Shown here piece by piece: positions 45,670 to 55,109 of a DNA stretch of 64,000 nt. Source of the DNA: a virus. The notes beneath the pieces are model-generated. The model saw nothing but the letters and a program-made list of their open reading frames with translations. It did no database searches and had not been told where the DNA came from. The DNA lies in the IMG/VR virus record IMGVR_UViG_3300036045_000005, positions 9,636-73,635 of that record; one strand, given 5' to 3'. The number at the start of each line of letters is the position of its first letter. Position 1 is the stretch's first letter. Both the position numbers and the translations under genes were made by a program.

Positions 45670-47234
45670 AAGTGACGGCTGTCTTGCTGCTCTTCCTGCT
45701 GCTGACCGCCTGCGCCACCCCACCTGCTCAACCGGGCGCAGGGGGTTATAGTTATGATCCAGCGGTCAACGCCACTATTGCTGCGCGTGGTGCCCAGGAT
45801 GCGGCGGCGACCTATGAGGCAGTGCAACGGGCAACAACCGTATCGGTGCAGCAAACGGCTGTTGCTGCTCAGAACGCCACAGGAACGGTGCAGGCGGCGG
45901 CCACCCGGACAGCAGCGGTTGCTACCAGCACGGCCGAAAGCCTGAGCATCCAAGCTACCAGTATTGCGCTGGCGGCCGTGCAGACAGGCAACGCCATCAA
46001 CGCCCAGGCCACGCAGATCGCAGTGGTGGCCGAGCAGACTCGATTGGCCCAGGAAGCGGCTAATATCGAGATGGCTCGCGCCGACCAGCAACGACGGCTA
46101 GAAAACCAGCGCGACCGGGAGGAGATGTGGAACACCATTATCTTCCCAGCCCTGGTGTTGGTGGCGGTGTTGGTGGCTGTTGGCGGCATCGTGTATGCCG
46201 CCGTCTATATCTGGCGCCGGACGCAGCCGGTCATCCATGTGACCATCAACGGCCGTGATGTGCCGATGATCCTGGATGGACAGCGCGGTGGCTACAAATT
46301 GCTGCCGCAAAATGTGATAGGTGATGTGCTGGCGCCGCCTGCCCCGGCGAGTGCGGCCGTGCAGCCCGAACCACTACCTGCCTTGCCGGAAGGCCACGTA
46401 GTGATTGCTGGCCCAACGCGTAGCGGGAAGACAACCACCCTCCTGGCAATTTTGCAACACCGGCAAGACGTGGTGGCGATAGACCCGCACGGGGCACCAG
46501 GCAAATGGGGCGATGCCCGTATGCTTGGTGCGGGGCGCAATTTTCAGGAAATTGCAGCCTTCATGCAATGGATGGAAGCGGAATTGAATCGCCGTGCGCA
46601 AGCATTGGCGGCCGACGCAAACACCAAGTTTCCTGAGATGACAGTGGTGGCCGATGAATTACCGGCCATAGCCGATGAGCTGGGTGGAGATCGTGCCTAC
46701 AGCAGTTGGAAGAAGTGGGTGCGCGAAGGATGGAAATTCGGATTGTACTTTGTCTTTTCGTCTCAAAGTCTCCAGGTAAAGCCATTGGGACTAGAAGGCG
46801 AAAAGGACATACTGCGGAACTTCGTGGCCGCTATCGCTCTGGGCGGGGAGGCGGTTGAACGGTATCCAGATTTGGCGCGGGGGATGGAACGTCCGGCTGT
46901 GCTGCGCACACTGCGCGGGACTGCCCGTGTCATCATCCCGCAAGTGGGATCGCCATCCTCCACCTCACCGACCAATGGCTATGTCGCCCCACCGGTCATC
47001 AACCTGCCCAATCCGCGCAGCCAGGCGGAGGTAGACGGCCGTGCCATGGATGGTGTTATCGCCGAGTGCGATTCGCTCAATGACGTAGGTCGTGTGCTGA
47101 TGGATGCTGGCCCGGATGATATGGAAACACGGCCGTCTGGTCAGATGTTGCGGGAACGGGTGCGGCCGGCGTTGGCCTGGCGCATTAACTATCTGAGTTG
47201 CCCAGATTCAAGTCGGATATTGATCGGACGATAA
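45663..47234 (+). CDS. Lipoprotein-anchored, membrane-spanning FtsK/HerA-like P-loop ATPase
   Basis: Lipobox LLTAC, Ala/Thr/Gln stalk, TM, Walker A GPTRSGKT, IDPH, Walker B VVADE, REG.K.G....SSQ. Confidence 0.8.
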   Translation: MVKVTAVLLLFLLLTACATPPAQPGAGGYSYDPAVNATIAARGAQDAAATYEAVQRATTVSVQQTAVAAQNATGTVQAAATRTAAVATSTAESLSIQATSIALAAVQTGNAINAQATQIAVVAEQTRLAQEAANIEMARADQQRRLENQRDREEMWNTIIFPALVLVAVLVAVGGIVYAAVYIWRRTQPVIHVTINGRDVPMILDGQRGGYKLLPQNVIGDVLAPPAPASAAVQPEPLPALPEGHVVIAGPTRSGKTTTLLAILQHRQDVVAIDPHGAPGKWGDARMLGAGRNFQEIAAFMQWMEAELNRRAQALAADANTKFPEMTVVADELPAIADELGGDRAYSSWKKWVREGWKFGLYFVFSSQSLQVKPLGLEGEKDILRNFVAAIALGGEAVERYPDLARGMERPAVLRTLRGTARVIIPQVGSPSSTSPTNGYVAPPVINLPNPRSQAEVDGRAMDGVIAECDSLNDVGRVLMDAGPDDMETRPSGQMLRERVRPALAWRINYLSCPDSSRILIGR

Positions 47235-47243
47235 GGAGCAGAG

Positions 47244-47444
47244 ATAAGCAGCACAACGAAAGACTGGTGGCTGGAGTGTCCACATTGTGGCGGCAAGTTG
47301 GGGTTTGTGGAAAGCGCGGTGAAGAGGGGTGACCCGTTGCGAGCCAGTCTCAAAGAGGCGTGTGATTGTGGTCACTGCAAAAAACGTGTGCCAGCCAGGG
47401 CGATGCTATGGAAAACCCGCCCGCCCCAAAAAAGGCAGTGGTAG
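47244..47444 (+). CDS. Com-like zinc-ribbon protein with ATA start (not in ORF track)
   Basis: AAGGAG followed by ATA; 66 codons with CPHCG.KL...CGHCK. Confidence 0.45.
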   Translation: MSSTTKDWWLECPHCGGKLGFVESAVKRGDPLRASLKEACDCGHCKKRVPARAMLWKTRPPQKRQW

Positions 47445-47460
47445 TTTCCCCTGTTGGCAG

Positions 47461-47493
47461 ACAAAAAACCGCTGGGACACGGCGGTTTTTTGT
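47461..47493. terminator. Bidirectional terminator
   Basis: ACAAAAAACCGC...GCGGTTTTTTGT. Confidence 0.75.
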
Positions 47494-47620
47494 TGCGACG
47501 CACTGCGATAAATCTCGTCGCAATCCCCCTCCCCCATCGCACTGCGACCAGAGGTACGCACTGCGACGCATTGCGACTGCGACGCGGAAAAACAGCAACC
47601 CCCACATAGTCGCAACGCAC
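47493..47620. repeat. Cluster of (CGCAC)TGCGA repeats
   Basis: CGCACTGCGA at 47499, 47538 and 47557; CGCATTGCGA at 47567; inverted GTCGCAA at 47517 and 47609. Confidence 0.7.
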
Positions 47621-47717
47621 AAAACAGCGAATAATCTCTCGCCCCATTAGCATAAAAATCTGTTTGTTGTTGCGGAAACGGCTGTGTTCCCTGCTGCGTT
47701 TTGCCTGTGTCAATTGA

Positions 47718-47747
47718 TTGACAAAATCAAACACTTTGATTTATAAT
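47718..47747 (+). promoter_or_regulatory. Promoter with operator palindrome in the spacer
   Basis: TTGACA-18-TATAAT containing AAATCAAA-CAC-TTTGATTT. Confidence 0.75.
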
Positions 47748-47791
47748 TCAAAACACCTTGATCATTTGGTTGTAAAAAAGGAGTGTGGATC

Positions 47792-48448
47792 GTGGATAAA
47801 ATCACCTGGAAAAAGAGCAAAGTTGAGGGAAGAACTGGCGTTTCCGTGCCGTACAATGCGGTATTCAACGAGCAACTGCAAGCAGCCGTGCCTTCGGCCA
47901 AATTCGAGCGGCAACCCTCGGCCTGGTTTATAGACGAAGAAGCGAAGGAGGAGGTCATCCCCCTGCTGGAAAAATTCTACCTGAACACGTCGCGCTACCG
48001 CGTGACCTGGGACATTAAGCAGGCGGGCAACATCCTGATTGATGGCGCGCGACTGATGTGGGTCAATCGGGACCATTATAAATTCAGCCACGATCATGGC
48101 CTGGCGTTTAAGGTCGTGGAGAATACGCTGGACACCAGTGGTAGCCGCGCCAACCCTTATATTTACGGCCGTCTGGTGCTGGAAATCTCCCTGCGCGAAG
48201 GTGCGGTGATTGAGCCAGCGCCGACTGAGATGGTTGCTATGGTGGAGGATGAGACGGCCGTGCGCCCCAACCAGCTAGCCGCCTTCCCCACCAGTGACCT
48301 GGTGGCAGAGTTGGAGCGACGTGGGCAGGCCAGCGAGACGGCTGCACAGGAGGCGATTAAGGCCATCCTGACGGCCGTTGAGAAATCGAGTCGGGTACTT
48401 TTTGAAGAAGCGATTGAAAAAGCAAAGCACGTCATTGAGTACGCATAA
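47792..48448 (+). CDS. Hypothetical protein with HARP-like N-terminus
   Basis: V.VPYN..F......VP.AKF......W.I pattern; AAGGAG RBS. Confidence 0.55.
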   Translation: MDKITWKKSKVEGRTGVSVPYNAVFNEQLQAAVPSAKFERQPSAWFIDEEAKEEVIPLLEKFYLNTSRYRVTWDIKQAGNILIDGARLMWVNRDHYKFSHDHGLAFKVVENTLDTSGSRANPYIYGRLVLEISLREGAVIEPAPTEMVAMVEDETAVRPNQLAAFPTSDLVAELERRGQASETAAQEAIKAILTAVEKSSRVLFEEAIEKAKHVIEYA

Positions 48449-48459
48449 GGAAGGGCGAA

Positions 48460-48810
48460 ATGGAGCATTTACAGGTATTCATAGAGTGGGCACAAAAAGA
48501 TTATTCCCGCCTTGTTTCGGCGAAGCAGCGCAAATTTTTCGCGGATAAATTGCGGCGGGCGATGGCTGCCCACACGTTGCCTACAAACGACATGAGCGGC
48601 AGGTTTCCCTGCATCGCTTTTTTCTTCGATGCGGGCGTGGACGTGATCACCTCTACTGATTACATTTTGGTGGAGATGCCTACACCGACGGCCGCCACGC
48701 CATACGGCCGTCTCTGCGTCAACTTTGGTGAGGCGGCTTGCCAACGGTTGGGGCTGCGGTGGGGAATAAACGGTAAATACGTGGATGATAAGTCCGCTCG
48801 CCCATCATGA
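48460..48810 (+). CDS. Hypothetical protein
   Basis: AAGGAAGG RBS; coupled to the next gene. Confidence 0.55.
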   Translation: MEHLQVFIEWAQKDYSRLVSAKQRKFFADKLRRAMAAHTLPTNDMSGRFPCIAFFFDAGVDVITSTDYILVEMPTPTAATPYGRLCVNFGEAACQRLGLRWGINGKYVDDKSARPS

Positions 48811-49478
48811 GCGAGTTACTTCTTGTCCGCCCCCCTACCCCAAAGACGGCCAGCATTGCCCGTATCTCGTTTGACGGCGCGATGCTGCGTTGCTTCTTCC
48901 CGGAGAAGCGGGAGGACTTCAACCAGATCGTGAAGTGTCACAATCTGCGGTGGCAATCGCCGTATTTCGTGCGTGAGATTACAGACGACACTGACCGCCT
49001 GAATTGGACGGCCGAACTCATCCACGCGCTGCTGGCTGGCGGCTTTTGCGTGAAAGCGGATGAGAGCCTCGTCCACACGGCCGTCAATCAGAGCTACACG
49101 AAAGAACCGCGTCGCACGGTATCGGCCGTTCGGACTGACCACTCGCAGTATGGTGGCTGGTTCCGCATCTGGTGGCATCGGGACGAGGACTGCTATCAGG
49201 TAGCCAAACGGCTGCCCGGAGCGCGGTACGCCAAGCCAGTTGTGGTGGTGCCGCCCGACAGTTTCGCCGAAGTACTGGATTTTGCGGAGCGGCACGAGTT
49301 TTTGGTACGGCCGTCGGCGTTGCGTGTGGCCGATGCTGCGCGGGCCGAACTGGAAGCGGCTCTGGTGGTGAGTGTGGCTGCGCCGGTAGAGCCAGAGGTG
49401 GTACGGCCGTCCACCAAACCACCCAAACTAGAAGTTCCCGATAAGGTGGCGATAGATGAATCGCTTCTCGATGATTAG
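48807..49478 (+). CDS. SNF2-associated hypothetical protein
   Basis: AK.LPGARY...V.V......EV.DFA....F (HARP-like); overlaps the helicase start. Confidence 0.55.
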   Translation: MSELLLVRPPTPKTASIARISFDGAMLRCFFPEKREDFNQIVKCHNLRWQSPYFVREITDDTDRLNWTAELIHALLAGGFCVKADESLVHTAVNQSYTKEPRRTVSAVRTDHSQYGGWFRIWWHRDEDCYQVAKRLPGARYAKPVVVVPPDSFAEVLDFAERHEFLVRPSALRVADAARAELEAALVVSVAAPVEPEVVRPSTKPPKLEVPDKVAIDESLLDD

Positions 49479-50871
49479 TTCCCCCTACCCTCACCAGATT
49501 CCCGCCATTGAAAAGTTGTCCCGGCCGCGTGTCGGGGCGGCTTTTATGGAGATGGGCACGGGCAAGACGTTCGTGGCCTTGAACCTGGTACACAGCCGTC
49601 AGTCTCGCATCAATCGTGTCATCATCTATTGCCCGGTGTCTGGCAAGGAAACGTGGTATGAGGAAATACGCAAACACACGGATGTACGGCCGTGTGACAT
49701 CTGCCTGTTCGACGAGCGCACGAATATACGAAGCGTTCCCCGCTCTGCTTCCTGGCTAGTGATTGGCATTGAGAGCATGAGCAGTTCCGACCGCGTGGCC
49801 CTGGCCGCCCACGATCTGACGACGAGCGAGACGTTTGTCATCGCCGACGAGGGCAGCTACATCAAGGGTCATCGGGCCAGGCGGACGCAGCGCATCACTC
49901 GCTACAGCGAGGATTCGCGCTACCGGCTGCTGCTGAACGGCACACCGATTAGCCAGGGGTACGAAGACCTGTACGCCCAAATGAACTTCCTCAGCCCCAA
50001 AATCCTGGGGTACGGGTCATTCTACAGCTTCGCCGCCAACCACCTGGAATACTCCGAGAAATACAAGGGGTTGGTGGTCAGGGCGCACAACACCTCCTGG
50101 CTGGCGGCGAAGATGAACCCCTACATCTATCAGATAACCAAAGAGGAGGCGGGGCTGAACCTGCCACCGAAGCTATATGACAGCCGCTATTTCCCGCTTG
50201 CCCGTGAGCAGCGGGAGGCATATGAGCAGGCGAAATACGAAATCCTGATGGATGCGGAGGAGGTGGATAGCTACGTCATCTTCCACCTGTTCACGGTGTT
50301 GCAGCAGATCGCCAGTGGCTTTTGGAAGCGGGACGGCTGTTTGTTGGAATTCCCTCACCGGCGCGTGGAGATGTTGCTGGATTACATGGAGGATGTCGGG
50401 GATCAGGAAAAGGTCATCATCTGGACGAAGTTCCGCCACTCCGTGCGCCAGATAACGGAAGAGTTGGCCGGGAAATACGGCCGTGATTCAGTGGCGCAGT
50501 ATTACGGCGACCTGAACGAGAAGGAACGGGCGGCGGAGTTGGCCCGGTGGCGGCGAGAGGCTCGGTTCATTGTGGCAACAATGGAGACAGGTGGGCATGT
50601 GCAGACCTGGAACGAAGCGGCGTACAGCCTGTTCTATGAAAACGAATTCAAATACGCCAACCGGCTCCAGGCGGAGGACAGGAATCATCGCATCGGCCAG
50701 GGGCGACGACCGACCTATACCAACCTCTGGGCGCAGTGTGGGATTGAGGAGCGGATTGCGGCCAGCCACGCGAAGAAGGGGGACACGGTGCGAGATTTCC
50801 GGCGCGAAGTTGACAGGCTGAAGGATTTGAAGGGGAAGGAGTTGAAGAAGGCAGTCTTGGAATTACTATAA
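49456..50871 (+). CDS. SNF2-family (SF2) helicase/ATPase
   Basis: PHQ, MEMGTGKT, ADEG..IK, LNGTP, DLYAQ, KVIIW..F, QAEDRNHRIGQ. Confidence 0.93.
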   Translation: MNRFSMISSPYPHQIPAIEKLSRPRVGAAFMEMGTGKTFVALNLVHSRQSRINRVIIYCPVSGKETWYEEIRKHTDVRPCDICLFDERTNIRSVPRSASWLVIGIESMSSSDRVALAAHDLTTSETFVIADEGSYIKGHRARRTQRITRYSEDSRYRLLLNGTPISQGYEDLYAQMNFLSPKILGYGSFYSFAANHLEYSEKYKGLVVRAHNTSWLAAKMNPYIYQITKEEAGLNLPPKLYDSRYFPLAREQREAYEQAKYEILMDAEEVDSYVIFHLFTVLQQIASGFWKRDGCLLEFPHRRVEMLLDYMEDVGDQEKVIIWTKFRHSVRQITEELAGKYGRDSVAQYYGDLNEKERAAELARWRREARFIVATMETGGHVQTWNEAAYSLFYENEFKYANRLQAEDRNHRIGQGRRPTYTNLWAQCGIEERIAASHAKKGDTVRDFRREVDRLKDLKGKELKKAVLELL

Positions 50872-50878
50872 TTTGGGG

Positions 50879-50906
50879 TTGACTAATCAAAGTCTTTGAT
50901 TATACT
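50879..50906 (+). promoter_or_regulatory. Promoter with the same operator palindrome as 47718
   Basis: TTGACT-16-TATACT containing TAATCAAA-GTC-TTTGATTA. Confidence 0.7.
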
Positions 50907-50953
50907 AATAGTAGTATTACTAACGTTTATTGGACATACGTCCAAAAGGAAAG

Positions 50954-51703
50954 ATGATGAACGACATTTACAAAACAATTGGTCAGAACGAAATGGCGGA
51001 ACGTCTGGGGTTGTCAGTAGAGGAGTTGCTGGCGTTGATCCCTCAAGGGATTCCCGCCCATGCTCACCCATCATCCCATTATGGGGAGTACCGGTTCCAT
51101 GAATCTGGGGTCGAGCAGGTCAGGGCGATTGTCAATTGCCTGACTGGTGGTGGGCACGAATGGCAATTTGACCACTATTATGATACACGGCTGAAGCTGC
51201 CCGTGATGGTGTGTAAAAATTGCGGCCTGGACAGCTTCCCGTCTACGCCCTATACAGGCAACGATGCTCCCAAACTGTCAACCCCACGTGTAACAGGTGA
51301 ACCGGCCACCGAAAAACAATTGGCTTACCTGCAAAAACTGAATGCCTGGTACGCACCAGACATTACCAAACGCGAAGCCAGCGATCTGATTGACGAAGCC
51401 AAACAGCGCGTCGTCTCCCCCACCCTCTACTACGTTAAACCTATCCAGGCCACCTGTGAACGATGTGGCGTGGAATCGCCGGTTGAGGAGATGGTAGACG
51501 GTAAGGGTGGCTACGACTGGGATAATCCCGATGAGGATTTCCAGGGCAGCATCCACCTGATGAGCTATCGTTGCGCTGATGGGCATGGCTGCCAGGCTAA
51601 TCGGCAGGCAAACGCAGAGGCGGCACGAATCACAGCGGAGGTGGAGCATTACGGCCGTTATGATGACAATTCCCCTGGACAGATTGGAGGTGGAAAAATC
51701 TAA
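50954..51703 (+). CDS. Multidomain protein (HTH, zinc motifs, ATxKQ motif)
   Basis: EMAERLGLS; CKNCG; PATEKQLAYL..L.....TK.EAS.LID. Confidence 0.6.
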   Translation: MMNDIYKTIGQNEMAERLGLSVEELLALIPQGIPAHAHPSSHYGEYRFHESGVEQVRAIVNCLTGGGHEWQFDHYYDTRLKLPVMVCKNCGLDSFPSTPYTGNDAPKLSTPRVTGEPATEKQLAYLQKLNAWYAPDITKREASDLIDEAKQRVVSPTLYYVKPIQATCERCGVESPVEEMVDGKGGYDWDNPDEDFQGSIHLMSYRCADGHGCQANRQANAEAARITAEVEHYGRYDDNSPGQIGGGKI

Positions 51704-51816
51704 TAATAATCGGCCGTGCCAAGCACGGTCAATCCCGCAGACGGCCGTCACGCTGGTGGCGCGGGGTAAGCCTCCATTCGGAGGCAGGCGGCGGCCAAAA
51801 ACCTTACACAAGGAGA

Positions 51817-52605
51817 ATGGAAATGTCTGAGGTAATTTACGAATCAAGTGTATTAGTGTCCAGGGAGCGCGGGGTGTTCCGGGTGGTTGTAGTCCCGGAT
51901 GGCGGAAAGTTCTCCGTCGTCCAGATCGATCTAGACAGCGATCACAACCCCACGAACGAAACAACTGTAGCCAGGTTCCGCAAGGCGAGCAACGCTGTAG
52001 AAGCAGTTACGTATCTGGAGGCCAACGGGGATTTCCCGGAGCGTCTAAAGATTTCTGTGCGCCAGACGCAGCGTGGCGATTGGCTGGTTGTCGCTGCTCT
52101 GCAAAACAAATGCGGTATCGGTATCCACCGGTTAGGCAGCCCTGCCCCTGGATACACCACTGGGCAGCAGTACGGCCGTTATGCCAGCGAGGTAGAAGCG
52201 TGGCGGGAGGCTGCGCGACTGGCGGAGGAAAAAGATGGGGTTGTGGTTGAATGGGTGTATCCGCGACCCAACCCTCAGTTTGTAGACCTCCCCCGCCAAT
52301 ACCCAAACGAAACCCATTACGCCTCATTTGAGGAGGCGGAAGCGGACGGCTGGATTTACATCAATCCGTCGAAAACGATTGAGCATTATAACGGAGGCGT
52401 GATGTTTGCTCAGGACATTACACCAGGGAGGGCGCAAGGCTATGAGTTGGCGTTGATGATCAAACATGGTGGTCAATTGCAGCCCCGCCAGTTTGCGACC
52501 AACCAGATAATTTGGGCTGGTGGCAGATTCTCTTACCGATTCCGAACGGGCGACGTGGTGGATGCCATTAGGACGGCCCGGCGGTTTATTGATTCGCTTG
52601 CTTGA
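51817..52605 (+). CDS. Hypothetical protein
   Basis: AAGGAG RBS; 262 aa. Confidence 0.6.
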   Translation: MEMSEVIYESSVLVSRERGVFRVVVVPDGGKFSVVQIDLDSDHNPTNETTVARFRKASNAVEAVTYLEANGDFPERLKISVRQTQRGDWLVVAALQNKCGIGIHRLGSPAPGYTTGQQYGRYASEVEAWREAARLAEEKDGVVVEWVYPRPNPQFVDLPRQYPNETHYASFEEAEADGWIYINPSKTIEHYNGGVMFAQDITPGRAQGYELALMIKHGGQLQPRQFATNQIIWAGGRFSYRFRTGDVVDAIRTARRFIDSLA

Positions 52606-52648
52606 TGATGTGGACGGCCGTCACGATGACGGCCGTCCTTCTATAGCC

Positions 52649-53581
52649 ATGTACGACCTACACATATTCGACCTCGACAACACCCTGGCTTCCCGCGACC
52701 GAGACACCCTCTCCTCCGCCCCAGCCGCCTGGCTGCGCGAGCATCGGCCGCAGCGCGTGGCCATTGCCACCAATCAAGGTGGCGTGGGAATGCGCTACTG
52801 GATGGACAGTGGTGGTTTTGGTGAGCCGGAGAAGTTTCCTACGGAGACGGCCGTGCGCACCCGACTGGCCGCTATCGCCGATGCTGTTCGCGCCCTCACC
52901 GGCGGCCAGGTGCGGGTCTACATGGCCTTCAGCTACCTCTCGCAGAAAGGCAATTGGTCGCCCACTCCGCCCGGCCGCGAGGCTGAGCCTGAGTGGAGCC
53001 AGGCGTGGCGCAAGCCTAATCCTGGTATGTTGCTGCAAGCGGCGGCTGATTTTGGCGTGTCGCCAGAGCAGTGCATCTACGTTGGTGATTCCATCTCCAA
53101 TGGCAGCGATGAAGTGGCAGCAGTGGCCGCAGGTATGGCCTATATAGATGAAAAGCAACTGTTCGGCCGTGTGGTCACGGTTTCCTACCGGCGTAGCTGG
53201 CCGATTGAGTGGCTACGGCCGCATGAACGCATTGGTCTGGATGTGGCGGCTACCTATCGCCGCTTCGAGCAGGCTCTCCGCGACAACCTGATGGTTTATC
53301 ACTACATCCTGGGTATTGAGTTTGAGCCGATGGATGAGGCGGATCATGATTTCCATTTCGATGAAGCGAGCGCGGCCGTGCTGGAACACGAGATCGCATT
53401 ACGCTGGATTCGGGACATGGATATTAACAGGAGATGGCTGGTGTACCTGACGGCCGAGGAACATGCCGAAGCATTAGCCAACCACCCACAGTATTTCCCA
53501 TCACTCACTGGTGAGTTGATGGATATATATGGCCTGAGCGCGAAGGAGGCGATTGCGCTCAGGGACAAAGCGAGGCAATGA
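52649..53581 (+). CDS. HAD-IIIA phosphatase (PNK 3'-phosphatase/GmhB-like) with C-terminal extension
   Basis: FDLDNTL, ATNQGG, WRKPNPGML, YVGD. Confidence 0.85.
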   Translation: MYDLHIFDLDNTLASRDRDTLSSAPAAWLREHRPQRVAIATNQGGVGMRYWMDSGGFGEPEKFPTETAVRTRLAAIADAVRALTGGQVRVYMAFSYLSQKGNWSPTPPGREAEPEWSQAWRKPNPGMLLQAAADFGVSPEQCIYVGDSISNGSDEVAAVAAGMAYIDEKQLFGRVVTVSYRRSWPIEWLRPHERIGLDVAATYRRFEQALRDNLMVYHYILGIEFEPMDEADHDFHFDEASAAVLEHEIALRWIRDMDINRRWLVYLTAEEHAEALANHPQYFPSLTGELMDIYGLSAKEAIALRDKARQ

Positions 53582-53784
53582 TGTTACTCACAAAAGCAAT
53601 GGCGTTGGAAAAATTGAAACAATACTTGTCATTTGCTCCTGGCTCTGTGGGGACACCGGAGGAGCAGGCGGAGCAACTGGTCTATCGTCAACAGGTGGTT
53701 GATCGCATCTTCGGCGAGCGGATATTTGTCAATGATGCCGAGTTCGAGGAGGCATTAGACCGGCTGGAGAGTGGTGATGAGTGA
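53578..53784 (+). CDS. Hypothetical protein
   Basis: ATGA-coupled, 68 aa. Confidence 0.5.
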   Translation: MMLLTKAMALEKLKQYLSFAPGSVGTPEEQAEQLVYRQQVVDRIFGERIFVNDAEFEEALDRLESGDE

Positions 53785-54484
53785 GACACCAAGTTTGTTT
53801 GCCGCTACCGTCGCGGCGATTGAAGAAATGGCCGTACATCTGGCAGAACAAATTGCCAGCCTGCCTCTGGCTGACCGGGTGGACGCGCTAAATCGTGCCC
53901 GTTACGCACTGCACCAGGTCAGCCCCTTCCGCGACGAACCTGTAGACTTGGTGCTGTGGCTGGAGGAAACAGCCGTAGAGCCAAACGACTACAACCCCAA
54001 CTTCGTCCACCGGCCGGAAATGGAATTGTTGAATACCTCTATTGAGGTAGACCACCTGACGATGCCTATTCCGACACACGTGCCGAAGCGCGATGTGCTG
54101 GCCCTCATCGCCAGAAAAATAACAGGCATTATCGTGGATGGTGCTCATCGCCGCATTGTGGGCACTAGCAACAAAAAAATCGCCAAACGGTTGCATGGGT
54201 ATCTTCCTGTGACCATCACCCACACCTATACAGACAATGACCGCAAGGCATCCACTGTGCGCCACAATCGGGCGCGAGGAGTACATAAGCTGGATGGCAT
54301 GACTGACATCGTTTTGTCTATGCTGCGTAATGGCTGGACGGATGACGAAGTGGCAGCGGCAATGGGCATGGATGCAGACGAGGTGCTGCGGATGAAACAG
54401 GTGTCGGGTATTGCAAAGGCATTTCAACGGCCGAACTACAATCGCGCCTGGATTAACGATGATGGACAGGAAACCCTGGACTGA
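53777..54484 (+). CDS. ibrB: IbrB-like ParB/Srx-domain protein
   Basis: SPFRDEPVD.V.W, NDYNPN, EM.LL..SI, IVDG.HR, STVRHNRARG.H, GMD.DEVLR.KQ.SG. Confidence 0.88.
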   Translation: MSETPSLFAATVAAIEEMAVHLAEQIASLPLADRVDALNRARYALHQVSPFRDEPVDLVLWLEETAVEPNDYNPNFVHRPEMELLNTSIEVDHLTMPIPTHVPKRDVLALIARKITGIIVDGAHRRIVGTSNKKIAKRLHGYLPVTITHTYTDNDRKASTVRHNRARGVHKLDGMTDIVLSMLRNGWTDDEVAAAMGMDADEVLRMKQVSGIAKAFQRPNYNRAWINDDGQETLD

Positions 54485-55109
54485 GTGGCGCGTTGCTGGC
54501 ATTTTTGCCACCGAGCGAGATGTTTTGTTGCAGGCGGCGGCCAGCCATATGATGGCCGTTTTCGGGCTGGATGGTGTGGTCTATTTGCGCTCCAAGCGCA
54601 ACAAAGCTACGCCGCCCTATGAGCCAGCCTTCTTCCTGGAAGATATGTCTACCAATCGCTCCAATAAATTCCTGGCGGTAGCCTCGCTTTTAACCCCCAG
54701 CACGTTGTTGGTTTTTGACGACGTGGAGACGATTCGGAATTATCCGCAATCTATGACCCGGAACATCATCAATCACCTTGCGCCGCGCACCCGGTACAAA
54801 ATTATTGCCGGAAGTGCGCTGGTGACAAATGAACTGGCTGACCTATATGCCCAATTTGCGGTGCTAGACAAGCAGGTTCTTCATGCCAATCATTACTGGT
54901 GTTTTGCGGAGGAGCATCGTGAGGTATCGGTGTTTGACGGCCGTTCGGTGGTCTCTAACAAAGACGTGGATTATCTGGCGGCCAAACTGCGGCCGTTCAT
55001 CCACTTCGATTTGGAGCCAGAGAATGATGTCCAGGTGGCATTGTATGCAGCCATACGGTCTGCGCCGCTCCTGGAACGGGTACAGGATTTGTCTGACTTG
55101 AGGTTGTGA
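54462..55109 (+). CDS. Degenerate SNF2 N-lobe-like protein (no Walker A)
   Basis: LVFDD...IRN, DLYAQF..LD..VL....Y..F...H and N...LAAK+.P.I match the 49456 helicase. Confidence 0.6.
   Translation: MDRKPWTEWRVAGIFATERDVLLQAAASHMMAVFGLDGVVYLRSKRNKATPPYEPAFFLEDMSTNRSNKFLAVASLLTPSTLLVFDDVETIRNYPQSMTRNIINHLAPRTRYKIIAGSALVTNELADLYAQFAVLDKQVLHANHYWCFAEEHREVSVFDGRSVVSNKDVDYLAAKLRPFIHFDLEPENDVQVALYAAIRSAPLLERVQDLSDLRL

Noticed and set aside
53777-54484. Partition ParB partnering ParA
   Set aside because: The motifs and linkage to ibrA match IbrB, and parA has its own adjacent small partner.
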